From NCBI GenBank assembly GCA_021432655.1, contig MU271353.1, positions 62,001-84,645 on the forward strand: a stretch of 22,645 bases of DNA, given 5' to 3'. The notes under the pieces were generated by a model. The model made no database searches. It was not told the origin of the DNA and saw only the letters and a program-made list of their open reading frames with translations. Below, piece by piece: positions 1-11,800 of this stretch. The translations under genes and the position numbers were made by a program. Every line of letters starts with the position of its first letter. Within the stretch, counting starts at the first letter, position 1. The stretch comes from Atractiella rhizophila (lineage: Eukaryota).

Positions 1-162
1 CACGCTGCACGGCAGTCACTTGGTCGACCGTAGCATCAGATGGGATCTCAGATTTCAGGTGTGGAACCGTGTCCCTTTGTTGCCAGTCTAGCTCCAGCAT
101 ACTGATGTCGTATCGTGACGTTGATGAGGAGACATTCCCTCTGGAGGGCAAGTCTGCATTCG

Positions 163-900
163 TCATGAACGCATCTTTTGCCTCCTCTGGTCCCCCGCCC
201 TGCTTATATCGTTCCGTTTTTTCTCACGGTCCTTCCAGGTCCAATCCCACTCCGAAGCTTCATCAATTTTCTTCGCTACCTTCTGCAACTCCGCCTGCCT
301 TGCATCGACCTTTTTCTGCAGCCGCTTCCCCAGTTTCCTCATATGGGAATTCGAGCTCGCATAAAACCTTTTGCTTTCCCTCTTTTCAATCTTCACAAGC
401 CTGATGTTGGCATGTCTCTCTTCTGCGCTTCTGTAGTCTCGGAGGAGTGGGTAGCGGCATTCACCTATCGAAGAAGGCCGGGGTAAGGGTTGAACGTAGG
501 AAGCGAGTTGAGACACGTCAAGAGATAAACGGTCGCCATAACAGGAGAAATTGTACTGAAAGGCAGAATGGAATTGAGGTGGACTCCCAATCTGCGCCGG
601 CTCTGGAAAAGCAGTTTGTCCGTGATAGGATGCATAAGGGTAAGCGTGAGCGTGCGAATAATAATAGCTGTAAGGATTAGAGGTAGGGTGAGGGTACGGG
701 TTTGAGTCGACGACGTTTTGGTCAAAGTAGTTGCGATCGATTTTGACGAAGGGTTCATATGGGACCTCAGGCAGTGAAGGATGGGGAATGTGCGGCTGTG
801 ATTGCGTGAGGCAGAGTGTAGAAGCGAGAGCCCGAAGTGGGAGGTAGCGAAGGGTTTGGACGCGCCAATGCCTAAGAAAGGAAAAAGAGCTCGAGAGCAT
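163..900 (-). CDS. Hypothetical protein with a Y/H/P-rich region and a basic, coiled-coil-like C-terminal part; boundaries uncertain
   Basis: 245-aa ORF with biased composition (YPHPTSNPYSYYYSHAHAYPY; RKLGKRLQKKVDARQAELQKVAKKIDE). Divergent from RPA2. No family recognised. Confidence 0.35.
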   Translation of the reverse strand: MLSSSFSFLRHWRVQTLRYLPLRALASTLCLTQSQPHIPHPSLPEVPYEPFVKIDRNYFDQNVVDSNPYPHPTSNPYSYYYSHAHAYPYASYHGQTAFPEPAQIGSPPQFHSAFQYNFSCYGDRLSLDVSQLASYVQPLPRPSSIGECRYPLLRDYRSAEERHANIRLVKIEKRESKRFYASSNSHMRKLGKRLQKKVDARQAELQKVAKKIDEASEWDWTWKDREKKRNDISRAGDQRRQKMRS

Positions 901-1208
901 TCGTCGTAGCGCTTTATGTCACACAACACGCTCACAAAAGTGCCCGATTTTTTCGAAACAGATACGTACCAAGGTATCCCCAAGGCAAACACGCTCTTAA
1001 GCACCTGATATCACTTCCAAACTGTTCCTCCTCTTCAGTGGTTGATGGTTTTGATGCTCTTTTATGTATGTGAGAGAACTAAGTTATCGGATAGTGTTCA
1101 AGTGCGATTGCCCCCGGAACTTTGTCCAAAAATTTTGGTCAGCGAGCTCTTTTATCTCCTCTCTCCTGGCACCCAAGAGGATATCACTCTAGGGTATTTC
1201 AGCCCACA

Positions 1209-4200
1209 ATGCCATCGATAGACCGCTCTCCATCTCCCTCGGCCTCTCCAAAAAAATCCAAGTCGAGCCATAACCAAGATGCTTCTCTCGACATCCTGGA
1301 CGAGCTCTCCACTTCCACAGTCCACCATTCCTTTGGTACCTTGAAGCTCATGAACACGTTCAAGAATCCCTCCACCGTCTCCACTGACTTTCCGGCTCTC
1401 GATAAACTAGTGGAACCCCATATTCAGAGTTTCAATCTGCTATTTGACGGGGTACCCTCAATTAAAGGAGAGCCGTCTACGTCAAAGGGCTTGTTGGACG
1501 TAGCTGTCAAACACTTGAAGAATGTAGTGGTATGGGATGGACGACCGGCTGGTAACGATTTGCCATTTGGCAATAAACTGGAGTGTGAGGACCCCTTCTC
1601 CTGAACTGCAACTTTGAAGACAAATTCATGTGACGAACAGTCCGAATAAATCGAGTCCAAGTCGCGAAACCAACTTTTGAGAACGCGAACGTGACCAGAA
1701 AATATTTTCCAGCTTCTGTACGTATTAAATTGTAACATTTGCGTGAATGACACCAGCCTTCATTAGGCTCGAGAAGGATTACGAACTTATGGAGGCATCA
1801 TGACCGTCGACCTAGGCTGGAGGTGCAACAATGGTTCCTGGGTGTCCAAGCCCTTTTCACTCGGCAAACTGCCGATCATGGTTCGGGTAAGTATTAAATT
1901 GTAACATTTGCGTGAATGACACCAGCCTTCATTAGGCTCGAGAAGGATTACGAACTTATGGAGGAATCATGACCGTCGACCTAGGCTGGAGGTGCAACAA
2001 TGGTTCCTGGGTGTCCAAGCCCTTTTCACTCGGCAAACTGCCGATCATGGTTCGGGTAAGCTTTCCTTTCCACGCATTTAATTTCTTGGAGATGACGAGC
2101 GTGCTAATTTGCCATATTTCAGTCTTCGCGATGTCACCTTGCTGGTATGAGCTCAAAACAACTTGTGGAAGCTCACGAGGAGACGAACGAAATGGGAGGC
2201 TACTTCATCATCAATGGGAACGAGCGTCTCATTCGCTATCTCATTGTTCCTCGTCGAAATCATTTTATTGCCCTCATCCGCAACAGTTTCACCGGTCGCG
2301 GACCTTCCTTTAGTCCATACGGAGTCCAAATCCGTTGCGTTCGTCCGGATCAATCATCACAAACGAACACTTTACATTATTTGAACACCGGCACCATTGT
2401 CTTTCGATTTTCCTGGCGGAAGCAAGAGTACATGATCCCCGTCATCCTGCTATTGAAAGCGCTGGGAAAGTTCACGGACAAGGATATTTTCTTAGGGTTG
2501 ATTCAAAACGACTTCCAGAATACTTTCCTTACCGATCGCGTCGAGCTATTACTGCGGTCCTTCAAGAACTACAACCTCCATACCGCGTCACAGTGCTTAC
2601 ATTTTCTCGGTGGAAAATTCAGAACCGTCCTGAACGTGCCTGAGGATTGGTCAGATGAAAAGGTTGGCGACTTCCTCCTCAATCAGGTGCTGCTGGTGCA
2701 CCTCAGCGACTGGACAGACAAGTTCCGGCTGCTCATGTAAGGATCCCCCACTCTCTCTCCTCTCAGTTTGGGCTGAGAGATGAACTTTTAGACTTATGAT
2801 TCGGAAGCTCTATGCTCTGTTAGGGGGAAGCTGCTGCCAAGATGATCCCGACTCAGCACAGAACCAAGAAGTCCTTCTCCCTGGATTTCTCATCAACATG
2901 ATCATCAAAGAGAAGCTAGAAGAATTCATGGGTGGCATTCGAGCGCAAATGGTGAACGATGTTCGGCGCGATAATCCCCGACAATATCAAGACCAAGATT
3001 ATGTAGAGAGAATAGTTAACCGCCTACGGTTCGACATCGGCGCAAAAATTGAACACTTCCTCGCGACTGGCAACCTCTTTTCTCCCTCCGGTCTCGACCT
3101 CTCTCAAGCTGCAGGATTCACGATCATAGCTGACAAACTCAATTTTTACCGTTACATCTCTCACTTCCGCTGTATCCACCGTGGCGCCTTCTTCACCACT
3201 CAACGAACGACAACTGTCCGAAAGCTGCGTCCAGAATCGTGGGGATTCCTCTGTCCCGTACACACGCCTGATGGTACACCTTGTGGTCTCCTCAACCACC
3301 TTTCTCACCAATGTCGAATCGTGACTTCCATGCTGGACGCATCCTCTCTTGTTCCCCTTCTCCTCTCCCTTGGAATGACACAAGCGTGGGATCCCAATGT
3401 TCTGGGCGACAAAATGGGTCCGGTGTTGTTGGACGGGAGAATAGTAGGCTGGGCACAGTATGAGTTGACGCGAAAGATGGCGGCAGCGATTAGGTTCTGG
3501 AAGACGGAGAGAATGCATGACATTCCCTTGGATCTAGAAATTGGCCTTATTCCTCCCGTTTCCGGCGGTCAGTTCCCTGGACTCTACTTCTTTTCGACCC
3601 CAGCTAGGATGATGCGCCCAGTTAAGTTTGCGAAGACGGAGAAACTGGATAGTATCGGACCTTTCGAGCAGGTTTACATGGATATCGCTGTGCAAGAAGA
3701 GGATTGGAAGGTATCCAAAGGTTCCCACGTCGAATATGCCCCCACGAATGTCCTTTCAGTCCTCGCCAACATGACGCCGTTCTCAGACTTCAATCAATCA
3801 CCCAGGAACATGTACCAATGTCAGATGTCTAAACAGACTATGGGAACGCCGTCAAACGCAATTATTCATCGAACGGACAACAAACTATACCGTCTTCAGA
3901 CTGGTCAAACCCCGGTCGTCCGCCCAGCTCTCCATGACCATTATGGACTGGACGCCTTTCCAAACGGAACGAACGCAGTCGTGGCGGTTATTTCCTACAC
4001 CGGTTACGACATGGAGGATGCGATGATACTTAACAAATCTGCACACGAGAGAGGATTTGCTCACGGTTCGATTTACAAGACCCAGATCGTTGATATTCGA
4101 GACGTGAAAGCGGATAAAGATGAGAACAAGAATACGCGGGTCTACTTCAAGTTGGGCGATGATACCCTAGCAGCGAGTTGGGCGATGATACCCTAGCAGC

Positions 4201-5454
4201 GCACGACCCAACGCATCCGTACGCGAAGATTATAGATAAAGATGGTCTTCCATTCCCTGGAGTTCGAATCAAAACGGGGGATCCCATCTGTGCTTATTTT
4301 GATGAAGTGAGAGGAAGGACGAGGTTTCAAAAGTACAAAGGAGATGAGACATGCTACGTTGACCAGGTCCGCATTATAGGTGTGCCCTCTTACTAGGATC
4401 TGTGACCCTTGTTCTGACAGCCTCATAGGGAGTGAAAAGGAGTCTGCAGAGGCGGAGCGTGTGCACATCAAGCTCCGGGTCGCTCGAGGTCCAGTTATTG
4501 GCGACAAATTCTCATCGCGGCACGGACAAAAAGGTGTATGCTCACAAAAGTATCCAGCGATAGATATGCCTTTCTCCGAGTCAGGAATGCAGCCAGACGT
4601 TATCATTAATCCTCACGCCTTCCCGTCACGGATGACCATTGGTATGTTCGTCGAGTCTCTTGCGGGAAAATCTGGATCTCTACACGGTATCGCCCAGGAT
4701 GCCACCCCTTTTAAGTAAGTATTCCGAATTAATGCCATCAAGAGATAAAGATGAAGAGTAACAGGTTTAACGAAGAGGATACACCACTCGATTATTTCGG
4801 TGAACAACTTTTGAAAGCTGGATATAATTATTACGGGAATGAACCAATGTATTCCGGTGTGACAGGAGAAGAATTTGCGGCCGACATTTACATTGGAGTC
4901 GTGTATTACCAACGTCTGAGGCATATGGTAGGCGACAAGTGGCAAGTACGGACAACTGGTCCAGTGGATCAAGTTACTCGCCAGCCCATCAAGGTAAGTC
5001 ATACTCCCTCCTTTCCTCCCATGACCATGGAATTTATTGTATTGCGCAGGGACGGAAGAAGGGAGGCGGAATTCGTTTCGGAGAAATGGAGCGAGACGCT
5101 CTTATCGCTCACGGAACAGCTTTTCTGCTGCAAGATCGTCTGATGAACTGCAGTGACTATGCAACTGTGTGGGCATGTCGGCGATGTGGTAGTTTGATCA
5201 GTTTGGGCAAAGACGAGAGAGCTCAAAAGAAGGTGGACGTTGACGAAACGGCGGCATTTGGGGAATTGGGCGAGTATTGCAGAATTTGTAGAGCGGCAGG
5301 CAAAGAGGGCCAGCCTTTGAAAAAGGGGAGGGATGGAGAGATTACTTTAGGCAACAGTGGGAGCATGGAGCTTGTGGCCCTGCCTTTTGTATTTTCGTAT
5401 TTGGTAGGAGAGCTAGCAGCGATGGGATTAACCATCAAAGTCGGACTGGATTAG
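1209..5454 (+). CDS. RPA2: DNA-directed RNA polymerase I second-largest subunit; frameshifted at ~4176 as assembled
   Basis: Manual exons with GT-AG introns: 1209-1584, 1641-1717, 1767-1886 (duplicated at 1936-2055), 2123-2736, 2792-4379, 4429-4714, 4765-4993, 5050-5454. Motifs: [23 protein letters not shown], Pol I-type [57 protein letters not shown], and C-terminal Zn site CRRC...CRIC. Confidence 0.96.
1722..2059 (+). repeat. 169-bp tandem duplication (2 copies) covering most of an intron plus a complete 120-nt RPA2 exon
   Basis: 1722-1890 matches 1891-2059. The only difference seen is C1796 vs A1965 (GGC/GGA, synonymous Gly). Confidence 0.95.
4150..4201 (+). repeat. Perfect 26-bp tandem duplication that frameshifts RPA2
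   Basis: AGTTGGGCGATGATACCCTAGCAGCG at 4150-4175 and 4176-4201. The ORF stops at 4196 and RPA2 homology continues in the 4178 frame. Confidence 0.95.
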
Positions 5455-5684
5455 TTACATCTTGTTGTATTCGTAGTTTCCATCCTATGCATCCTACAGC
5501 TTCCCTCTGCTGGCATTTGTCGTCCGAAAGCAAGTGGAAAACACAATTGGTGTTGGTCATGACTTCGAACTTCATTTCATGGTGGAAAAGGTGTCATAAA
5601 ATTTGCAATGGTGATTGACTTGAGCACCTATTGAATGATATATGCAATTGAGAGCTTGGTATACAGGAGTGATAACTGTAGGGC

Positions 5685-8600
5685 TTATAAATACTGTTCA
5701 CTATGCTTAGCAAGGAATTATTCCAAATGAGGAGATCGCTTACAGGTACAGATGAAAAATCCATGTCCTCAGCCTCGATATCTTCGTCCGGTGGTATTTC
5801 CTCCTCTTCCTCTTCCTCTTCCTCCTCCTCCCCTTCATCGGCTTCTTCTGGCTCTCCTTCTCCCATGATGTTCTTGCGATACTTTTGAGCATCTGTAAGA
5901 GACCGTACATAGTGGTCGTCATCGTCTGGAGAACCGGGTAACGAGCCTGGCATTGAATCAGTCCCAGAGTGCATATCATGGGGATGCTCGGGAATAGGAA
6001 GAGGAGAGTAAGGTATATCGGTCTGCTCGCTAATGATCGCAGACAAGTGAGGGCTGCTGGGGGTTGTCCTCGATCTTCTTCGCTCCAGCGTCGGTTCAGC
6101 CGTCTTTGTGCTTGCTTTACTATCACTGCGACCAAGCCCAATGCCGGGGATTCGAATGTAGCTAAGGCGCGAGTCTGACCTTGCTGAAAGAGCCGGGGAC
6201 GGGGGGGACTGAATGTCAAGCTCCGGAGGGAGATCTATTGAGGGAGGAGGCGTTCGCCAAAAATTCAGGTCTGAGAATTCGTAATTCGTCTCGCGCTTCG
6301 CAATTGGAGGAAACATTTGATCAACCAGATCTGTCATGTGGATATACCTGCAAGATTTTTAGCGAACGTTCGACTGAGAGTGGCAAACGAACGTCGATTT
6401 ATAGCCTGCTAAAGCAAGTAATTCCATTTTCACATCGCCGGTCGAATCGATCGTGAATATCTTCGAAGACGGTACATCAACGCTGCGGTAGGACAGAGCA
6501 TCCGTGATTCTGTTACCAAATCCTGCATAGAACGGTTTACGGTCCTTGAACAGTCGTTGAATGTCTCGTAAGCAAGCCATCTTGAAAACTTCTGGTTTTC
6601 GCAGAATTACTTCCCTGATAACTATTATTCTAATGATGCCGCCGGAACAAAGTATTTCTTACCGATGGAGAGAAGTCACCAAACGGTCAGGACTCATAAT
6701 CACGGGACCTGCAGGAAGAGGGATATTTCCTTGGCTAATACCTCGAAGATACTCTCTTGTTGTATCTGCTTGTCCGATCGCTCTAGAAGTCAAATACATA
6801 ATGCGATATCCGTTGCTGACGATGTCAGTGTAGAGCTTCGCGACTCCAGCGTGAGTCCAGTCTCGGCCTATCATCGTCAAGACGTGCCCCAGCGCATCGG
6901 ATCTACGTAGGAGTGGTTAATACCTGTTAAAAAGGGGAGAATGCGGGTACTTCGTAATGGTGCCATCAATATCGGAGACCACAATATGTGAGTCGTGAGG
7001 CCAAAGAAAAATTTTGGCCGAACAGACTGCATTTCCCTGCGAATAGGAGGATCGAACGGAAAAGGTGATCGTATTTGAACCTGGCTTGAGTTTCAGTTGT
7101 TTCTATCCCAAAAGATAAGCTTTGTTTGTAACAATTGAGAACATCTTACAAGCTGATCTGATGTAAGTCGTAACGTTTTCACGTAATGCTTCGTGGCTGC
7201 TTGAGGAGAAATAGTTGGTGTGACGTCCTAGCAAATGTCAGCCAAAGCTCTCAAAGCAATAGTACTAATAATAAGAATGTACCGGAGGAGGTTCAGAGGT
7301 GGCCCGAAAAGGCGGCGTTGTGGGGTCACCCTCTTCCTCTTCAGCAACAGGTAGGGATTTAGGAGATGTAGGGGCGGAAGTGTCAGAACGTGGAGACAGG
7401 CCCGGCTGAGTCTTCGAATTTGAGGGCTTAGTCCGCCACCAGCGAGTCCACGTTCTTTGTCGCGGTGCAGCTTCTTGCGATTGAGGTGCTTCCTCCTTCG
7501 ACTGTTTGCGAGCCATTTCGGGTAGTTCAAGCAGAGAACTTCGGTATACTGCGAGAGAGGCCATGATAGTAGAGGCGTTGTCCCAAGTCAGCGACCTAAT
7601 GCCATAGGTAAGAAAATAGGATCGTCTGAAGCGAGGTACACACACACCTTCCATCATATTGTAAAACAAGCCTTCGATCATCGATCAAATTTGGTTGGTC
7701 TAAAAATTCTGTGAACGAAATGCGTGCATATTCGTTTTCCAGCTCTTTCTGGATATGTTGTGTAAGGAAGTAAGGCGTGAGGGGATTGATCGCTTACATC
7801 TCCTAAGAGTCCAAGTTCAAAAATAAACTCTGACCCATCTCCTGCTATGAGGCAAAATTGGAAGGGATCTTGAGTTACTGAAGCAGATCTTGACCGTGCT
7901 GGCATGGAGGAGGTTGGGGAAGTTGATGTTGCCAACGTGGGTCGTGTGGAGGTTCCAGAGTCGGCCACTTCTTCAGCCTTCATGGCAAAATTCAAAAGTG
8001 CTCGTGTGAACTGCAAAAGCTTGGGATCTTCCCATTGTCTAAGTTAGATTGCGAACTTTGAGCGAACAAGAGTCTCACCTCCTCCAAGTTCAGTGTTTGC
8101 GACCTGCATAGATGATTCGAAACCTTTGGGTTCAGTAGGATCCACTTTCATATTGTGCCTTGGGGCGGTTTTGTAACCCTCGGTGTCCAACATTAGAGCG
8201 GCTAGTTGTTGACATGAGAACGATTTCAAAGCAACCACAAAACTTGCTTACACTCCGTTCTTGTCAAACCAAAATTCAACGACGAAGAGGAGTCGTTCAC
8301 GGCCAAACTCCCAGCTTCTGCGGAATGAAGTTCATCAAACTGTTCTTGCGTAAGAGTATGGTCGGTGCCATCACGGGAATGATGTGGCGGAGCGGATGAT
8401 GACCGACGAGAGGCGAGATGGGCCAGATCAGCCCTGTCAGCAACAGAAAACCTTCTTGTTGAATCCTCCAGTTGATCATCTTCATCCACGCCGTCATCAA
8501 GAGAGAACGCTGTCGGTTTCTTTCTAGCAGCCCTGGATGAGCGACGATTCTCTCGATCCTCATAAGCCATTCCCCCATCTCCGGCTTCCGGCTTCTCTGG

Positions 8601-9929
8601 CTCTTCCCCTCTCTTTTCTTTTCCCATTCCCTCCTCTCTCTCTTCACCATCCTCTGTTAGCTCCTCCCTGTCACCATTTGGATGATGCTCCACGTCGCCC
8701 ACGCCCTTTCCGCGTGATCGTATCCCGACAATCGCCTTCCCCGCCTTCTCAAGCTGCTTCGCGGCGCTGGCGCCACCTGTAGCAATCATGCCAAGGGTCG
8801 CGCCCCCATGACCGGAAAGCAGATTGGAAGGACTAAGCACAGATGACTGGGAGCCTTCCCTTCTCTTTGGTTTACGGTCCCCTTCCGAAATATCATGTTC
8901 ACCTTCCTCGAAAGTATCGCCCCGTGTTACTTGATCTCTCATCTCTGAATGAGACATCTCCTTCTTGGATTCAGCATCATCAGGAGAGAAAGGGGTGATG
9001 TCGCGGGAGGTGAGACCGGTGGTTGTAGATCTAGGATTGGGAGAGGACGTTTCCGCCGCTGACGTCTCCGTGTCGGATTCTGCTCCAAATTTAGCCCATC
9101 AGAGTAACAGTTGCAGTTACAAGCATACGATGTGAGCTTTCTTCCTTAGTGGAATGAGATGATTGTTCGTTCAAATCTAGAGGTTCTACTTCCTATAAAG
9201 AGAATGTAATCAATGTTCCAAACTTCCTGAAAGCTTTCTCACGAAACTTACTCTCTTCTTCCTCCTCACACTTTTCTCTTCCTCCTACATCAACGTAAGA
9301 ACTTGCAAATTGGGTGACAAACACCTACATCTTCGGTATCAGTCTCATTTCCAGATTCCGCACCAGAGTCCACAGCGTCCCCTGAGGCAGAGAGCACAGG
9401 GCTTGTAAGAATATCCTCTGGGACGTCATCGTCGGTTTCGAAAACGAAGAAAGCTTCCCCTGTCTCGAAGACTTTCATGTAGAACTCGCACAGCTCATCA
9501 TTCACCGTCACGCGGACCTAGCAAAGCCAGCAGATCAGTACGCTACTCTACGCTCTAGCTGCAGGAGGGAAAGTGAAGCGCCATTTCTCAATGCTCGAAC
9601 AGTGGTCATCACCAATCCAGACGGTCCCAAAATCCGCATGCAATAGAATGAAATAAGCGCACCTTTCTATCCACAGGTCTCAAAACGGACAGCTTGCCAA
9701 AGCGCACATGAAATGGACTGCAAGCTAGCTCCTCCTTATCATTTGGATCTTCTCCCTCCTTCGGTACCTTCGGTACCTTCGGATTCGACACAACGATCAC
9801 ATCGATAGCTCCCGTAAGAGTGGCAGGGTTGATCTCTTTGTAATATTGGGACACAGAGGATAATGCTCTTCCGACCTGTCGACGGTCAAGCACTTGCCTA
9901 GGAAGAATGGAAGGACATACCCATTGCAT
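5685..9929 (-). CDS. PAH1: Lipin family phosphatidate phosphatase (Pah1/Ned1), multi-exon
   Basis: Spliced N-LIP start MQW|VGRALSSVSQYYKEINPATLTGAIDVIVV...CSPFHVRFGK...GEAFFVFET. HAD catalytic motif VVSDIDGTITK (DIDGT at 6959-6973). Also GRDWTHAGVAKLY, YLTSRAIGQAD, FYAGFGNRITDALSY, and the conserved Trp motif NFWRTP. Inferred last exon 5685-5693 (YL*). Not every internal exon was checked. Confidence 0.93.
5798..5830 (-). repeat. GAG/GAA codon run encoding poly-Glu (E11) in the acidic tail of the lipin
   Basis: (CTC/TTC)n on the + strand, in frame with the lipin C-terminal exon. Confidence 0.8.
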
Positions 9930-10774
9930 GGTATAAGACTTCTAGGAATGGCAGACGCTATCGTAGGATCGATGCTGAAAGAATATGCGGCACAAGCCTT
10001 TGGTTTTGCCTGGTTTTGCTGTCTTTGGATTGTGAGCGAAGGTCAAGTGAGGTGGCCTGGTACGTGCTGTCCCTTGTTGGTTCGCTCGGGTCTGTTAAGT
10101 CTGTTGAATGCTGCACCATGCATGTGATTTGCCTTGTTGCCTGTTTGTCCCGGTCCGTCTTTGTCATTCGTTTTTGTCTTTCATGGAATCTTGGGGTCTT
10201 GGTGGCAGGGGACTCAGCAGGATGGATATGAGAAAGTGCTGTAATTCCACAACAAGATCATCCAGAACCCTAGCACAATCTTCGAAAAATAATCAATCAA
10301 AAACTTCAAGTTTTCAAGTTTGGCAAGCCTCCAGCGGTACTCAAGCTCTTCGAAATCAAAGTCAAGTACCAAAGGTTAGCATCAAACCGAAAGAAGATCG
10401 AATGGAAGCTTCGAACCAAGACACAGACCAGGAAAGACCGGGGTGGTTTAAAGGAATGTAAGAGCTCACGAGCAGTCATGGTCGATGAGCGGAGCGGAGG
10501 AGGGACAGACAAGATGAAATTTGTACAGAATGAATGGACATCCCAACGTTCCAGCCTCGTCAGAAGTCGTTGGATGTATAAGCAGACAGGATAGTGTAGC
10601 ACAGTAGTCGTCACCATGGACAGTAAATCTTGAATCATCGAATCGCACCGGTCGAGATGGATGTCTCGTCGTTCCTGACGTCGGAAGGCAGGCAGAGAGA
10701 TAATGTGATAAAAAGAGACAGGAGACAGGACGCAGAGACCGAGAGTGTATGATTTGTTGTTGTCGATTTTTGAT

Positions 10775-11800
10775 TTATGCTTTGATGATTTGCCACATCT
10801 GCTTCTTGTTTCCCTGTTCCAAATCTCCATCAGTTAAAACAACTGGAGGATCGGGAGTGGACACCGCACCTTCTTCCACTTCTGCAGAACGGTGGAACGA
10901 GCTCCACCTGCCGTTTTCTTGCTGCTCCCAGTGAGAGCGCGGGTAGCCATATCTTTCAAGTGGTCAACGGGAACGATGTAAAACGTCCTACAGGCAGCAG
11001 CAGCATTAAGCAATTGTTTGGTGTGAGGAGCGAAGACGTACCCGACGGATTTTCCCCTCTTCTCCAAAGATCGCTTCTCATGCGCATCGCGCACCACCTC
11101 ATATTCTTCATCATCGAAAACACCATCGAGATCATCGTCATCCACATCAGCCTCGACCTCGTCCTCGGGCACTTCAGCCACATCCTCAAAGTCCTCTTCC
11201 TCCCATTCGCGCTCGGCATCATCGTCAAGCGAGCGCTTTCCGAAGGTAGCAGGAACGAGAGTGTACCATTGCTTCGTCTTCTCCAAAGACGACTTCTTGA
11301 GAGGGTCGACGACGCATTTGTACATCACGGCGGCCTGACCGACACAAAGTAACATGAGCAATGTCACGAGCAACGAAGAAAAAAAAACAAACGGCGCACA
11401 TGGTCAGATCCCCCATCCACCTTCGCGTTCCACTGGGCAGAGAAGCAATGTTGTCCAACAGAGAAACGAATGTACTTCGTCCCTTGGTTATGCTTCTTCG
11501 AGACTATTTTTGTCTTAGAAGTCGAGGGATAAATATCGTAAGCGCTCCCTCTCTGCCCAGCGCGCAGATAATGGCCGGTTCCAACGTTCTTCAGGTAGTA
11601 ATTGCCGTTAGGAATGACTTTTGAAGCGGACTGGACGGACATCCCATCACCCCATGCTTTTGACTGAATTGAACAAGAAAGGGAAGACGCACGGTAAGAG
11701 CTTTGGCCACCTTGGAGTTATTGATGGACGTCGCATCTGAGACGGAGCAAAAGAGGGCGAGGAAAGGGATGATGACGGAGACGGCGAGTCTGAACTTCAT
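10775..11800 (-). CDS. Secreted ricin-B/beta-trefoil lectin-like protein with an internal acidic spacer
   Basis: Exons 11693-11800, 11400-11630, 11042-11334, 10870-10987, 10775-10813 join in frame via GT-AG introns. Signal peptide MKFRLAVSVIIPFLALFCSVSDA. Ricin-B-like start IPNGNYYLKNVGTGHYL. QW/QxW-like motifs (SAQW, TKQWY, KKQMWQI). Fold assignment is inference from motifs. Confidence 0.75.

Noticed and set aside
1722..2059. CRISPR-like or other repeat array
   Set aside because: Only two adjacent copies with no spacers, in a eukaryotic coding context.
4140..4177. Tiny intron rescuing the RPA2 frameshift
   Set aside because: Frame-restoring options are 20, 23 or 38 nt with poor donors (GTTGGG, GTCTAC). 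They are shorter than the other introns modelled here (44 nt or more).
3024..8782. Many antisense and alternative-frame ORFs overlapping RPA2 and PAH1
   Set aside because: Shadow ORFs of strongly supported genes, with no recognisable motifs.
9758..9783. 9-bp tandem repeat (PKVPKVPK) in the lipin N-terminal domain
   Set aside because: Short, in frame and located in a variable loop, so ordinary slippage.
9958..10760. ORFs between PAH1 and the lectin-like gene (e.g. 10108-10461 +)
   Set aside because: No recognisable domain or consistent splice structure. The region is probably promoter and UTR sequence.
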